Translations under genes and position numbers: made by a program
The notes under the pieces: model-generated
Database searches by the model: none
The model's input: the letters and a program-made list of their open reading frames with translations, nothing else
What the model was told of the DNA's origin: nothing
DNA from: Escherichia coli
Lineage (GTDB): Bacteria; Pseudomonadota; Gammaproteobacteria; Enterobacterales; Enterobacteriaceae
Assembly (NCBI RefSeq): GCF_051903065.1
Contig: NZ_CP178438.1
Strand: one strand, 5' to 3'
Length of the DNA stretch: 64,000 nt
Shown: positions 24,493 to 36,061 of the stretch, in pieces
Layout: every line of letters begins with the position of its first letter
Numbering within the stretch: position 1 is the first letter of the stretch

Positions 24493-25911
24493 TCAGACGC
24501 CGATATTTCTCAACTTCTCGCCTGCCATCAGTTTGCGTTCGATATGTTCCAGGGTGACATTTTTGGTTTCCGGAATGAGCCAGAAAGTGATGCCCACAAA
24601 CGCAATGTTCAGCGCAGTGTAGAGCCAGAACGTACCGGCAGCGCCAATGCTGTCGAGCAGCGTCAGGAAGGTCGCGCCGATAATCATATTCGACACCCAG
24701 TTCGTGGTGGTCGAACAGGTAATACCGAAATCGCGGCATTTCAGCGGCTGAATTTCAGAGCACAGGATCCACACCACTGGCGCGGCGCTCATCGCATAAC
24801 CGGCAATACACATCATCGTCATGCCAACAGAGAGCCAGGACAAGCCACTGGAAGCCGTACCGTTATCAAACTGCATCAGGCAATAGCCCAGCACCAGAGT
24901 GCCTAACGCCATCACGCTGAAACCAATTTTCAGAGCCGGTTTACGACCTGCTTTATCTACCGTAAAGACCGCAATGAAGGTCGCGAACATAAAGGTCAGT
25001 CCCACGACCAGAGTCGCAATCATCTGTTGTTCTGTGGTCGTAAAGCCCGCCATTTTGAAGATACGCGGCGCGTAGTACATGATGATGTTCATACCGGTAA
25101 ACTGCTGCATCGCCTGCAACAACATACCGAGAAACACAGCACGACGGACGTTACGGTTGATCTTAAACAGTGCCCAACCGCCCTGTTTTAACTTCAGGCT
25201 TTCACGAATTTCGTTGAGTTCTTCTCGCGCTTTTTCCGACGTATCGCGCAGCATACGCAATACTTCTTCCGCCTCAATATGACGCCCCTTTTCCGCTAGC
25301 CAGCGCGGGCTATTTGGCAGGAAGACCACCAGAATAATCAGCAGGACTGCTGGTAAAGCAAGAACCCCCAACATTGCGCGCCAGTTACCGCTATAACTGA
25401 ACGCTGTATCGGATAAAAACGCCAGCACAATGCCGAGTGTGACCATCAACTGGTACATACTGATCATCTTACCGCGAACGTTTTCACTTGCCATTTCAGA
25501 AAGATACAGAGGAGCGGTGTAAGAGGCGATCCCGACAGCAATGCCCAGCACCACACGAGCGGCGATTAACATCTCTACGCTGGTCGCAAAAGCGGACCCT
25601 ATCGAGCCGAGCACAAACAGGATGGCCCCCGCCATCAGGCTGTATTTACGCCCCAGGCGGAACGACAGCCAACCATTAAACAGCGCACCAATTGCTGCGC
25701 CGAGCATCATGCTACTAACCACCCATTCCTGCAAACGACTGGTCAGCACAAAGTGATCGGTAATGAACGGCAACGCTCCGGCGATTACGCCGATATCAAG
25801 ACCAAATAACAATCCTGCGACCGCAGCAGCTACCGAAACAAACATATTCATACGCCGCGTATCCCGCAAAGAACGTGGCGTTAAAGCAGATTCCGTATTG
25901 ATAGTAACCAT
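24493..25911 (-). CDS. araE: Arabinose:H+ symporter (MFS)
   Basis: Internal start [30 protein letters not shown] gives 472 aa. Confidence 0.95.
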
Positions 25912-26177
25912 TTTTTCCTGCCAGCAGAGAGTAAGACATAGTGAAAAAATACGTGAACAACTCACACAGGTGTCAGGTCGGAAACAGCATAAATATGGAT
26001 TAAATTGCTGCGACATGTCGTTATGTGATGGATATTCCAATTTTCAAATTAAGTTGAATTATTGAGATTATTATTAACCACCTAATTTTACAGCAGATAA
26101 AATTCATAAAGTTCATTAATTGATAATTGATATGGATTATTTCATAACCATGATATGGATTATGATGATCTACAGAT

Positions 26178-26206
26178 ATAAAAAACCCTGCCATGCGGCA
26201 GGGTCA
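26178..26206 (-). terminator. Rho-independent terminator downstream of kduD
   Basis: Hairpin accctgcc-gcat-ggcagggt followed by a U-run on the minus strand. Confidence 0.6.
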
Positions 26207-26225
26207 TAAAAGTAAGAAGAATGAA

Positions 26226-26987
26226 TTAACGCGCCAGCCAACCGCCATCCACGGCAATGGTATAACCATTCACATAATCTGAAGCGCTGGAGGCAAGGAA
26301 CACTACCGGCCCCATCAGGTCACTCGGCAGTCCCCAACGGCCAGCTGGAATGCGGTCGAGGATTTCCGCGCTACGTTGTTCATCTGCCCGTAGTTGTTGA
26401 GTATTGTTGGTCGCCATGTAACCCGGGGCTATCGCATTAACATTAATGTTGTGTTTAGCCCATTCGTTCGCCATCAATCGCGTCACGCCCATAACACCGC
26501 TTTTTGATGCGGTATAAGAAGGCACACGGATCCCGCCCTGGAAGGAGAGCATTGACGCGATATTGATAATCTTGCCGCCATTGCCTTGCGCGATAAAGTG
26601 TTTCGCCGCTGCCTGAGACATGAAGAATACGCTCTTGATATTCAGGTTCATGACATCGTCCCAGTCTTTTTCGCTGAACTCGAGAGCATCTTCGCGGCGA
26701 ATCAATCCGGCGTTATTCACCAGGATATCAATATGACCAAACTCAGCTACCGCGCGATCCAGCAGTGCTGGAATGCCATCAATCTTTCGCAGATCGGCGG
26801 TCAGGCTTAAAAAACGACGCCCCAGCACCGTGACCTGCTTGATGGTTTCAGTCGGTTCAACGATGTTAATGCCAACAATGTCACAGCCCGCTTGCGCCAG
26901 CCCCAACGCCATCCCCTGGCCCAGTCCAGTATCACAACCAGTGACGACCGCAACTTTACCTTCGAGAGAAAATGCACTTAAAATCAT
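26226..26987 (-). CDS. kduD: 2-dehydro-3-deoxy-D-gluconate 5-dehydrogenase (SDR)
   Basis: 253-aa SDR ORF with TGCDTGLG Rossmann motif. Confidence 0.95.
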   Translation of the reverse strand: MILSAFSLEGKVAVVTGCDTGLGQGMALGLAQAGCDIVGINIVEPTETIKQVTVLGRRFLSLTADLRKIDGIPALLDRAVAEFGHIDILVNNAGLIRREDALEFSEKDWDDVMNLNIKSVFFMSQAAAKHFIAQGNGGKIINIASMLSFQGGIRVPSYTASKSGVMGVTRLMANEWAKHNINVNAIAPGYMATNNTQQLRADEQRSAEILDRIPAGRWGLPSDLMGPVVFLASSASDYVNGYTIAVDGGWLAR

Positions 26988-27016
26988 AACAATACCTTAT
27001 TCGTTTATGCCCACAA

Positions 27017-27853
27017 CTAGCGCAAATCTTTAACGGCCACATGGTCCATATCATCAAAGACCTGGTTTTCACCGACCATGCCCCAGATAAAGGTATAAGC
27101 TTTGGTTCCGACGCCGGAATGGATCGACCAGCTCGGGGAGATCACCGCCTGCTCGTTATGCATTACAATGTGACGCGTTTCTTGCGGCTGCCCCATCATG
27201 TGGAAAACGCAGGCGTCATCATCCATATTGAAATAGAAATAAACTTCCATCCGGCGCTCGTGGGTGTGACACGGCATGGTGTTCCACAAATTACCTGGAG
27301 CCAGCTCCGTCAGCCCCATACTCAATTGGCAGGTTTCCAGCACATCCGGGACAAAATATTTGTTAATTGTGCGACGGTTACTGGTGAGGTTATCGCCTAA
27401 CGTGACTGGAGATACTTCGTCCGGTGTGACTTTTTTGGTGGGATACGTCGTATGCGCGGGTGCGCAATTGTAATAAAACTTTGCCGGAGTGGCGGTATCA
27501 ATACTGGCAAAGACAACTTCTTTTGCACCTTTACCCACATACAGGGCGTCGCGGTGACCGATTTCATAGCATTGACCATCGACAGTAATCGTACCGGCAC
27601 CGCCAATATTGATAACACCTAACTCGCGACGTTCAAGGAAATAACTTACGCCGAGTTGTTTACCAACTTCCCCGCCAACGGAAACCGTTTTAGTTACCGG
27701 CATAATGCCGCCAACAATAATTCGGTCAATGTGGCTGTAAACCATGGTGTACTCATCGGCGACAAATACCTTTTCAACCAAAAATTCATTGCGCAGCCCT
27801 TGGGTATCCAGTGTTTTTGCGTGCGCACTGTGGATGCTCTGTCTTACGTCCAC
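27017..27853 (-). CDS. kduI: 4-deoxy-L-threo-5-hexosulose-uronate ketol-isomerase
   Basis: 278-aa ORF upstream of kduD. Confidence 0.95.
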
Positions 27854-28139
27854 ATCAACCTCCGATAATCAGTGAAGCGTGAAAATAGAAAACGATAGTG
27901 AAACACTGTTTCGTTTTCTCTATAAGGGGATGATATGCCCATGGGATAGGGTTTTCAATTAAAAATAAAACAATGTTTCATTTTTAAGTTAAGGATTAAA
28001 AAAAGTGCAGTGTCGATCACGAATATGTCATGAGAATGGAAAAATCAGGGAGTCCTGAAAAGGTATGTCGACTCACCAGCCATCATTATTCAACAGATTA
28101 ATGACGGCAGATATTTATCGGTAAGGAGGAAATGCAGAG

Positions 28140-29321
28140 CTACTCGTCACGTTCAATGGTCAATGCTACGCCCTGGCCCCCGCCGATACAAAGCGTTGCC
28201 AGTCCTTTGCGGGCATTACGTTTCACCATTTCATGAACCAGAGAAACCAGGATTCGGCAACCGGAAGCGCCTATCGGGTGACCGAGTGCGATCGCGCCAC
28301 CATTGACATTGACCCGACGCTCATCCCATTCAAGCATCTTGCCAACCGAAAGCGCCTGTGCAGCAAACGCTTCATTAGCCTCGATAAGATCGACATCAGC
28401 CAACTGCCAGCCCACACGCTCCAGGCAACGGCGGGTCGCATACACCGGCGCAATTCCCATCAATGCTGGATCTACACCAACGCTGGCAAATGCGCGGATG
28501 CGGGCCAGCACGGGTAAATTCAACGCTCGTGCTTTGGCTTCGCTCATCATCATTACCGCAGCTGCGCCATCGTTTATGGATGATGCATTACCCGCTGTCA
28601 CAGAACCGAGACTATCAAATGAAGGATTTAAACGGGCTAAGCCTTCTGCACTGGCGTCAGTGCGTGGCTGTTCATCGGTATCAATAACCAACGTCTGACC
28701 ATTACTTTGGGTCATTACCGGGACGATCTCATCTTTAAATCGTCCGGCGTCAATCGCCGCTCGCGCTTTTTGTTGCGAGCTAAGTGCGTAAGCATCCTGC
28801 AACTGACGGCTGATGCCATATTCGCGAGCCAGATTTTCGGCGGTGACACCAATATGATAATCATTGAAGGCATCCCACAACCCATCATGCACCAGACTGT
28901 CAACCAACTGGCTATTGCCAAGCTGTGCACCGGTGCGGCTATCAGTCAGAACATGTGGTGCGCGGCTCATGTTTTCCTGGCCACCGGCGATGACAATATC
29001 AGCCTCGCCACACTGTATCGCCTGAGTAGCCAGATGCAGTGCCTTAAGCCCGGAACCGCAAACGTCATTAATCGTGATTGCAGAAACGCTATTAGGAAGA
29101 CCACCTTTAATAGCCGATTGCCTTGCCGGATTCTGCCCTGCCCCTGCAGTCAACACCTGGCCAAGAATCACTTCATCCACCGCATATGCAGGCACGCCGG
29201 TACGTTCTATTAACGCTTTCACGACCAGGCTACCAAGTTCCACGGCGGAATGACCCGCTAACGCACCACGAAAGCAGCCGATAGGTGTCCGTAACGCCCC
29301 GACAATCACAACGTCTTTCAT
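28140..29321 (-). CDS. yqeF: Acetyl-CoA acetyltransferase (thiolase) family protein
   Basis: 393/394-aa thiolase-family ORF. Confidence 0.9.
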   Translation of the reverse strand: MKDVVIVGALRTPIGCFRGALAGHSAVELGSLVVKALIERTGVPAYAVDEVILGQVLTAGAGQNPARQSAIKGGLPNSVSAITINDVCGSGLKALHLATQAIQCGEADIVIAGGQENMSRAPHVLTDSRTGAQLGNSQLVDSLVHDGLWDAFNDYHIGVTAENLAREYGISRQLQDAYALSSQQKARAAIDAGRFKDEIVPVMTQSNGQTLVIDTDEQPRTDASAEGLARLNPSFDSLGSVTAGNASSINDGAAAVMMMSEAKARALNLPVLARIRAFASVGVDPALMGIAPVYATRRCLERVGWQLADVDLIEANEAFAAQALSVGKMLEWDERRVNVNGGAIALGHPIGASGCRILVSLVHEMVKRNARKGLATLCIGGGQGVALTIERDE

Positions 29322-29575
29322 CACAACCTCGCACCAATTAACAGTGCAATAGTAAATGATTGTTAATTACAGTTATCTTAATTGTTTAAAAAAAGTGATT
29401 TTTATCACAAAGGAAATATGCCTGAGTAGCAGTCAGAGACATAACTGGCACGTAAGGTTTGCAACCACTAACCCACCAATAGAGAGGTAGATAGGGCGTT
29501 AATCTCCCATACTTAACCTGGTTTATGGTAAATTGCCCTCCATTTTGTTTAATTTGTAGATGATACGTTCAGATA

Positions 29576-30805
29576 ATGTCTAATATTTGGTCAAAAGAAG
29601 AAACTCTGTGGAGTTTCGCGCTCTACGGCACAGCCGTTGGTGCAGGCACGCTCTTCCTTCCTATTCAGTTAGGTTCGGCAGGGGCAGTGGTCCTGTTTAT
29701 TACTGCTCTGGTCGCCTGGCCTTTAACATATTGGCCACATAAAGCCTTATGCCAGTTCATCCTCTCATCGAAAACATCAGCAGGTGAAGGGATAACGGGC
29801 GCAGTAACACACTACTATGGCAAGAAGATTGGTAATCTGATTACCACGCTGTACTTCATCGCCTTTTTTGTCGTCGTGTTGATATACGCAGTGGCAATTA
29901 CCAACTCACTTACAGAACAGCTGGCAAAGCATATGGTGATTGATCTTCGCATCCGTATGTTGGTGAGTCTGGGTGTTGTATTAATCCTGAATCTCATTTT
30001 TCTGATGGGACGTCATGCCACTATTCGGGTAATGGGATTTTTGGTATTCCCATTGATTGCCTATTTCTTATTTCTTTCCATTTACCTTGTCGGTAGTTGG
30101 CAACCTGATCTATTAACAACCCAGGTAGAGTTCAATCAGAATACCCTTCACCAGATATGGATATCGATTCCCGTGATGGTTTTCGCCTTTAGCCATACGC
30201 CCATTATTTCTACGTTTGCCATAGACAGACGTGAAAAATATGGCGAACACGCTATGGATAAATGCAAAAAAATTATGAAAGTCGCTTATCTCATCATCTG
30301 CATAAGTGTACTGTTCTTTGTCTTTAGCTGCCTGCTTTCTATTCCACCTTCGTATATTGAAGCGGCTAAAGAAGAAGGGGTCACCATTTTATCGGCGCTT
30401 TCTATGCTGCCGAACGCCCCAGCATGGTTGTCAATTTCCGGGATTATTGTCGCAGTAGTTGCCATGTCGAAATCATTCCTGGGTACGTACTTTGGCGTTA
30501 TTGAAGGTGCCACAGAGGTCGTCAAAACAACACTACAGCAGGTTGGTATAAAGAAAAGTCGTGCATTTAACCGCGCACTATCAATTATGTTGGTATCGCT
30601 GATTACCTTCATTGTTTGTTGCATTAACCCGAACGCGATTTCGATGATTTATGCGATCAGCGGCCCGCTCATTGCCATGATACTTTTCATCATGCCTACG
30701 CTATCAACATATCTCATCCCGGCGCTTAAACCCTGGCGTTCCATCGGAAATCTGATTACGCTGATCGTGGGTATCCTGTGCGTATCGGTAATGTTCTTTA
30801 GCTAA
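29576..30805 (+). CDS. yqeG: Amino-acid transporter family inner membrane protein
   Basis: 409-aa polytopic membrane ORF; last backbone gene before the AT-rich island. Confidence 0.85.
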   Translation: MSNIWSKEETLWSFALYGTAVGAGTLFLPIQLGSAGAVVLFITALVAWPLTYWPHKALCQFILSSKTSAGEGITGAVTHYYGKKIGNLITTLYFIAFFVVVLIYAVAITNSLTEQLAKHMVIDLRIRMLVSLGVVLILNLIFLMGRHATIRVMGFLVFPLIAYFLFLSIYLVGSWQPDLLTTQVEFNQNTLHQIWISIPVMVFAFSHTPIISTFAIDRREKYGEHAMDKCKKIMKVAYLIICISVLFFVFSCLLSIPPSYIEAAKEEGVTILSALSMLPNAPAWLSISGIIVAVVAMSKSFLGTYFGVIEGATEVVKTTLQQVGIKKSRAFNRALSIMLVSLITFIVCCINPNAISMIYAISGPLIAMILFIMPTLSTYLIPALKPWRSIGNLITLIVGILCVSVMFFS

Positions 30806-31264
30806 TATCCATTGTGAATGGTTCAAAATTGCTACAATTTTGAACCATTCCATTTTTCATAATGTTCATTTGTTATTATTCCGCCCTATCACTTCTCTCG
30901 TCATATCCTAGAATTATCAGTTAGTTAAACACACAAAGAGATCTGAACATCTTAAATAAGACTATTTAAGATGCATAACTTAGATTCGCAAGATATCTTC
31001 TGGTCATTCAAAAACAATTTGCGATATAGATATTCTCATACTATGAGATAGTTATCTGGACCACTCTCAACCATACAAGATTAAATCAGTGAAACATAAT
31101 CATATTTAATAACGAGAAATGCATTTTTAAATGTCTTAATCAGAATTATAGCAAATACAGATTAATCACAATTTTTCCCAGCAAAATTACAAAATCATGG
31201 TGTATTGACATCATCAATAACCGATGAAATTATGCAATTATATACGGATAGGGAGGTTCTTAAC

Positions 31265-31897
31265 ATGGGGCTTTGTAGTCGTTATAAAAGTCTTACATGC
31301 AATAGTTGCTCAATGCATTGCCAAATAATGCCAGAAGAGTCACCGCGTTTGCAGTATTGCGCAAACTCGTGTTTTTGTATGTGGCCCGAAGAAAGTTCAT
31401 ATTTTAATCGTGGTGTGGTAGAAGGTATCTTAACAAAAAACCACAATGCGAGATTAAGCGGATATATTTTTGTCGATTTTTCAGTAAGTTTTTTACGTCT
31501 ATTCCTTGAAAAAGACTGGATTGACTATCTTGCAAGTACTGACATGGGGATTGTTTTAGTCAGCGACCGCAATATGCAATCGTTAGCTAATTACTGGCGA
31601 AAACACAACTCTGCAATATCTGCTGTCATATATAATGATGATGGTCTTGATGTTGCCAATGAAAAGATCAGACAACTATTTATTGGTCGTTATTTATCAT
31701 TTACCAGAGGTAACACATTAACTCAGATGGAATTCACCATAATGGGGTATATGGTTTCTGGTTATAATCCATATCAGATTGCTGAAGTTCTGGATATGGA
31801 TATCCGTAGCATCTACGCGTACAAGCAACGAATCGAAAAGAGAATGGGTGGTAAAATAAACGAATTATTTATTCGTTCACATTCGGTCCAACATTGA
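31265..31897 (+). CDS. yqeH: LuxR-type HTH transcriptional regulator (ETT2-associated)
   Basis: Start MGLCSRYKSL preceded by GGAGG gives 210 aa; C-terminal LuxR-type HTH (GYNPYQIAEVLDMDIRSIYAYKQRIEKRMG). Confidence 0.75.
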   Translation: MGLCSRYKSLTCNSCSMHCQIMPEESPRLQYCANSCFCMWPEESSYFNRGVVEGILTKNHNARLSGYIFVDFSVSFLRLFLEKDWIDYLASTDMGIVLVSDRNMQSLANYWRKHNSAISAVIYNDDGLDVANEKIRQLFIGRYLSFTRGNTLTQMEFTIMGYMVSGYNPYQIAEVLDMDIRSIYAYKQRIEKRMGGKINELFIRSHSVQH

Positions 31898-32230
31898 TAC
31901 TCAAAAATCTGCCAGAATCATACTCTGTTTATACGGGCATTTATTGAAATGCCCGTATTTTATAAATAGGCCGTCCCCTCAAGAGTAAACATCATAGTAT
32001 TTAAAACCATCACACGAAAAATTCAGAAGCATTACGTAATATGAATTTACAAACAATAGTGGCATAAATGTTAACCATGTTAATTTACATAAAGTTTTAC
32101 GTTGCGACATTAAAGCCTCATTTCAATCATCATGATAAATATAAAATTAATATATATTTATGCCGTAAATACCAATATACTTAGCAAACTATGTGATTTC
32201 CATTTCGATTGATTTAGTGTTTATTGACGT

Positions 32231-33040
32231 ATGTACTGGATTATTAACGATAATATCGAGTTCTGGCCTGAGCACCGAAAATTAATATCGGTACATAACG
32301 CCGATCTTAACGTCGTTCTGACAACGCCAGCCAGTCGTTGTTTATCACTTCTACTTGAAGCTTTTCCTGATGTGGTTGCACAACAAGATTTTTTCACCAG
32401 AGTCTGGGAAGAAGAAGGTATGCGTGTGCCTACTAACACGTTATATCAGAACATATCCATTATCAGACGCGGATTTCGCGCTGTTGGTGATACTACCCAC
32501 TCGCTTATTGCAACCGTGCCGAGAAGAGGATTCAAGATCCATAATGACATTAACATACAAAATCATGTAATAAACTCGTCAACAGACGCACATACACACA
32601 ATGCCCCACCTGCCATAAAAGTTAATGCGGGATACAAAGAGAGCATTGGTGGCGCAAAGAATTTCAATAACAAAATCCTCAAACATATAAAAAGTTATCT
32701 AATTATGTTGAGCGCATTTGTCATAGGCGCATATTCTGCATATTGGCTATGGAATAATAATCAACCGAAGCCATTTTTCAAGGATTACAAGACTGTTGCG
32801 GAAATTAATGGCTGCCATTTTAATGTAACAGAAGATACAATTGATGGGTTGAAAGAGTTCGATAAATATAAAACACGGATACTGGATTCGGGGATTAACT
32901 GTAAAAAATATCCGTGGTTATACTTCCCTCTTGCAAAATCCTCACCGGGGATGATTGTTATGGCATGCAATAAAAACTATAACCAACATGAAGTGGCAGG
33001 CTGTTTAACCCTGTCTTACCGTGAGGTTAATCGTGATTGA
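32231..33040 (+). CDS. yqeI: ToxR/CadC-like membrane-anchored winged-helix regulator (ETT2-associated)
   Basis: 269-aa ORF: N-terminal winged-helix-like region, one TM segment (ILKHIKSYLIMLSAFVIGAYSAYWLW), periplasmic C-terminus. Confidence 0.75.
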   Translation: MYWIINDNIEFWPEHRKLISVHNADLNVVLTTPASRCLSLLLEAFPDVVAQQDFFTRVWEEEGMRVPTNTLYQNISIIRRGFRAVGDTTHSLIATVPRRGFKIHNDINIQNHVINSSTDAHTHNAPPAIKVNAGYKESIGGAKNFNNKILKHIKSYLIMLSAFVIGAYSAYWLWNNNQPKPFFKDYKTVAEINGCHFNVTEDTIDGLKEFDKYKTRILDSGINCKKYPWLYFPLAKSSPGMIVMACNKNYNQHEVAGCLTLSYREVNRD

Positions 33041-33515
33041 TTATAAAAAAAACTTATTATTTATTGTAGTTTTTATCAGTGGGTTTATTCTCTTCACTGT
33101 CTATTCTTACACTGCAGAAAAAATGATATATAACGAAACATGCACTGCAAATTGGGTGATTTTTAATGACCAGGGGCGAGCAAATCTTACTATCGACTTT
33201 ATGTATAACCAAAAAAATAAAACAGGAACTGTTGCGTTGAGTGGGACCTGGCAACAAGGTAATAGAGAAAGTAAATCAATACGGCGAAATATTGAATACA
33301 CATGGGTTGAAAACTATGACACAGCCCATTTAACTTCAAAAAAAGTTAATAAGTTTGAGATTATGGATCAAGTCGATGATGATAGACTTGCTGAACTTAT
33401 TCCTGATTTTTATGTCTTTCCAGAAAAAAGTGTAAGCTATAATATACTAAAGCAAGGTAAACATGCTTTTATTTTGAGTATTGGTAACAGAGCAATAATG
33501 CATTGTGCAAGGTAG
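33033..33515 (+). CDS. yqeJ: Hypothetical protein YqeJ (N-terminal TM helix)
   Basis: Probable GTG start with GAGG 7 nt upstream gives 160 aa; listed ORF starts 12 nt earlier. Confidence 0.65.
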   Translation: MIDYKKNLLFIVVFISGFILFTVYSYTAEKMIYNETCTANWVIFNDQGRANLTIDFMYNQKNKTGTVALSGTWQQGNRESKSIRRNIEYTWVENYDTAHLTSKKVNKFEIMDQVDDDRLAELIPDFYVFPEKSVSYNILKQGKHAFILSIGNRAIMHCAR

Positions 33516-33663
33516 ACTAAAATAGATAACAAAAAGATGGAACCTCGTTAATCATAAAATAATAAAATTAAATATGCTTGCAGTATATGCCAGTATAAAG
33601 CATCAAAGTTTTGATCAACATCTTTCATTTTAGACATCACCTTGCAATGTAAAATATCATGTA

Positions 33664-34089
33664 TCAACAACATCTGGTGCATATCCATGAGTCGAACTCA
33701 ACATTCATCTTAGCTCGATTATTATTCCTTCGTACAGTCGATGTAAACAATACAGAAAGAGGATTATTAAGAACCAGTTTACTCAGTGAATCAATAGAGG
33801 AAAGGATTAACGTTTCTTTAAAAGAATTAATTTCATCATCTGTTAAACTAAACTCATCATTGACAGATCGTGAGATATAACTGTTTTTAACTTTACTCTT
33901 TACGTTGACTTTACTGACAGAATTAACATTCACATATCTTGAATTTAATGCCCATGATGTTGTTTGCGTGAGAACCTTCTCAGCATTAAGGAATTTTTTT
34001 AACGGAATCCTTGGTTTCTTTTTCGAGTCCGAATTAACTATATCATGCATATAGACCATTTCATGAATCTGCGAAAACTCAATGTCCAT
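33664..34089 (-). CDS. yqeK: Hypothetical protein YqeK
   Basis: Listed 145-aa ORF in AT-rich island; probable start at [10 protein letters not shown] (141 aa). Confidence 0.6.
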   Translation of the reverse strand: MDIEFSQIHEMVYMHDIVNSDSKKKPRIPLKKFLNAEKVLTQTTSWALNSRYVNVNSVSKVNVKSKVKNSYISRSVNDEFSLTDDEINSFKETLILSSIDSLSKLVLNNPLSVLFTSTVRRNNNRAKMNVEFDSWICTRCC

Positions 34090-34518
34090 TATATACCTCA
34101 CATTTTTACCGTGACTCGATGTTACTGTTCAATAATCACCATCCATCAATACTAAAATTAATACCCCAAATGTGCCGATAACAAATATAGTCATTCTACG
34201 TAACGTCTCCATAAGGTGATAACCTTGATCAAATGAATTTTGAATATAATAAAGGAAATCTTTTGAGATGTTTATCACGAATAACGCTATTTATGTTACC
34301 AATATCATTTCGAGTGCGCACACTATCCATCTGTTTTTTAAGGATATAAAAAACAACATGTAAGTTATGTAAATTGCCGATGCTACTAAGTAACATTATG
34401 GTAAAAAAAGTAAAAATGAGCGATTTTTGATAGAATAAAGCAAGAGAAAAGGTGATATTTGACATTATCAGAAGCTGCGAATTCGGATTTTGCTCTAATC
34501 AAATGAGAGAAATGTAAA

Positions 34519-35010
34519 ATGAAGCCACGAAATATTAATAATAGCCTACCACTGCAACCATTAGTTCCTGATCAGGAGAACAAAAATAAGAAAAATGAAG
34601 AGAAATTCGTTAATTCAGTTAAAATTACCATGGGGTCTGGTTTAAATTATATTGAACAAGAATCTCTTGGAGGAAAATACCTAACACATGATTTGTCAAT
34701 AAAGATAGCGGATATTTCTGAAGAGATAATTCAGCAAGCAATATTATCTGCTATGTGCATATATAAATTACCGATTACAGATGATTTAATGAGTATGGCT
34801 ACAAATGAACTCATAAAACTGACCAAAATAGAGAATAATTTAGACCTGAATAAATTCGCTACTATATGCACAGACGTTCTATCCCCCCTCGTCACCAGAC
34901 ATAATAAACAAAAAAACCAAAACGACATTCTACCCTTCGCAAAAATCCCCTTTTTAATTTTCATTGAAAAAAAGGAAATTGATAATATGAATCCAGGTCA
35001 TGCACATTAG
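34519..35010 (+). CDS. ygeF: Hypothetical ETT2 protein YgeF
   Basis: 163-aa ORF upstream of ygeG; low-complexity N-terminus. Confidence 0.55.
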   Translation: MKPRNINNSLPLQPLVPDQENKNKKNEEKFVNSVKITMGSGLNYIEQESLGGKYLTHDLSIKIADISEEIIQQAILSAMCIYKLPITDDLMSMATNELIKLTKIENNLDLNKFATICTDVLSPLVTRHNKQKNQNDILPFAKIPFLIFIEKKEIDNMNPGHAH

Positions 35011-35235
35011 GGCATTTTGAAATGTCGTAATTAAGATAACTAATAAGGTGAATATTAGCAAAACAACTAATGATGTTATTATTTTGTAGCGGCAAGTATT
35101 TTTACTAATAACGAAGAAATATACTCATAAGCAATGCAAGCTTAAAACCAATAATTTAAAAAAGATAAATGTAATAATATTAATGAGTCAATCAATAATA
35201 ATTGAGCATCACGAGACACATCACAGAGGAATATT

Positions 35236-35727
35236 ATGAACAAAGAAACAATTGAAATATTCAATAATAGTGATGAATGGGCAAATCAACTAAAACACGC
35301 ATTATCGAAAGGAGAAAACCTGGCATTACTGCATGGTTTAACTCCTGATATCCTTGATGGAATATATGCATATGCATTCGACTACCATGAAAAGGGTAAT
35401 ATAACGGACGCAGAAATTTATTATAAATTATTGTGCATTTATGCGTTCGAAAATCATGAATATCTAAAAGGTTTTGCATCAGTATGTCAGTCAAAAAAGA
35501 AATATCAACAAGCATATGACCTTTACAAACTAAGTTACAATTACTCCCCATATGATGACTATTCAGTTATTTATCGTATGGGTCAATGTCAAATTGGCGC
35601 AAAAAATATCGATAACGCAATGCAATGTTTCTTTCATATAATTAACAATTGTGAGGATGATAGTGTTAAGAGTAAAGCGCAGGCATATGTCGAACTCTTA
35701 ACCGATAATTCAGAAGATAATGATTAA
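35236..35727 (+). CDS. ygeG: TPR-type class II T3SS chaperone-like protein (SycD/LcrH/SicA family)
   Basis: 163-aa ORF with TPR-like YY/YK repeats; start preceded by AGAGGA. Confidence 0.75.
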   Translation: MNKETIEIFNNSDEWANQLKHALSKGENLALLHGLTPDILDGIYAYAFDYHEKGNITDAEIYYKLLCIYAFENHEYLKGFASVCQSKKKYQQAYDLYKLSYNYSPYDDYSVIYRMGQCQIGAKNIDNAMQCFFHIINNCEDDSVKSKAQAYVELLTDNSEDND

Positions 35728-36061
35728 GCATTACAATCATTTGGTTAAAATTGCTGGTTATAGTGCAGTTAACCACTATAACCAGTACCTCTTATCTTTT
35801 CTTAAACCAACATCTTAAAACAGTTAAGAGCACACTATAAATCATTATTTTTCAATGCGTTAGAGAACAATCTATTTTATCAAAATTGAATAAGGCTATT
35901 TCAGATTACATCACTGAATTCCTAAGATAAATTAGTGAACACAACCATAGATATGTCGAATGTAATTTCCTGTAGCGTTAATGACACATAAATATGAATA
36001 GCCATAATTTCTATTGCTTATGCAGGATGCAAGAAACCAATTTTTTCATAGAGGTTAACTA

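Noticed and set aside
34229-34465. 78-aa minus-strand ORF between yqeK and ygeF.
   Set aside because: Very AT-rich, low-complexity (Ile/Leu/Phe/Asn-rich) and no clear RBS; probably an artefact of AT-rich intergenic sequence, though a small island protein cannot be excluded.
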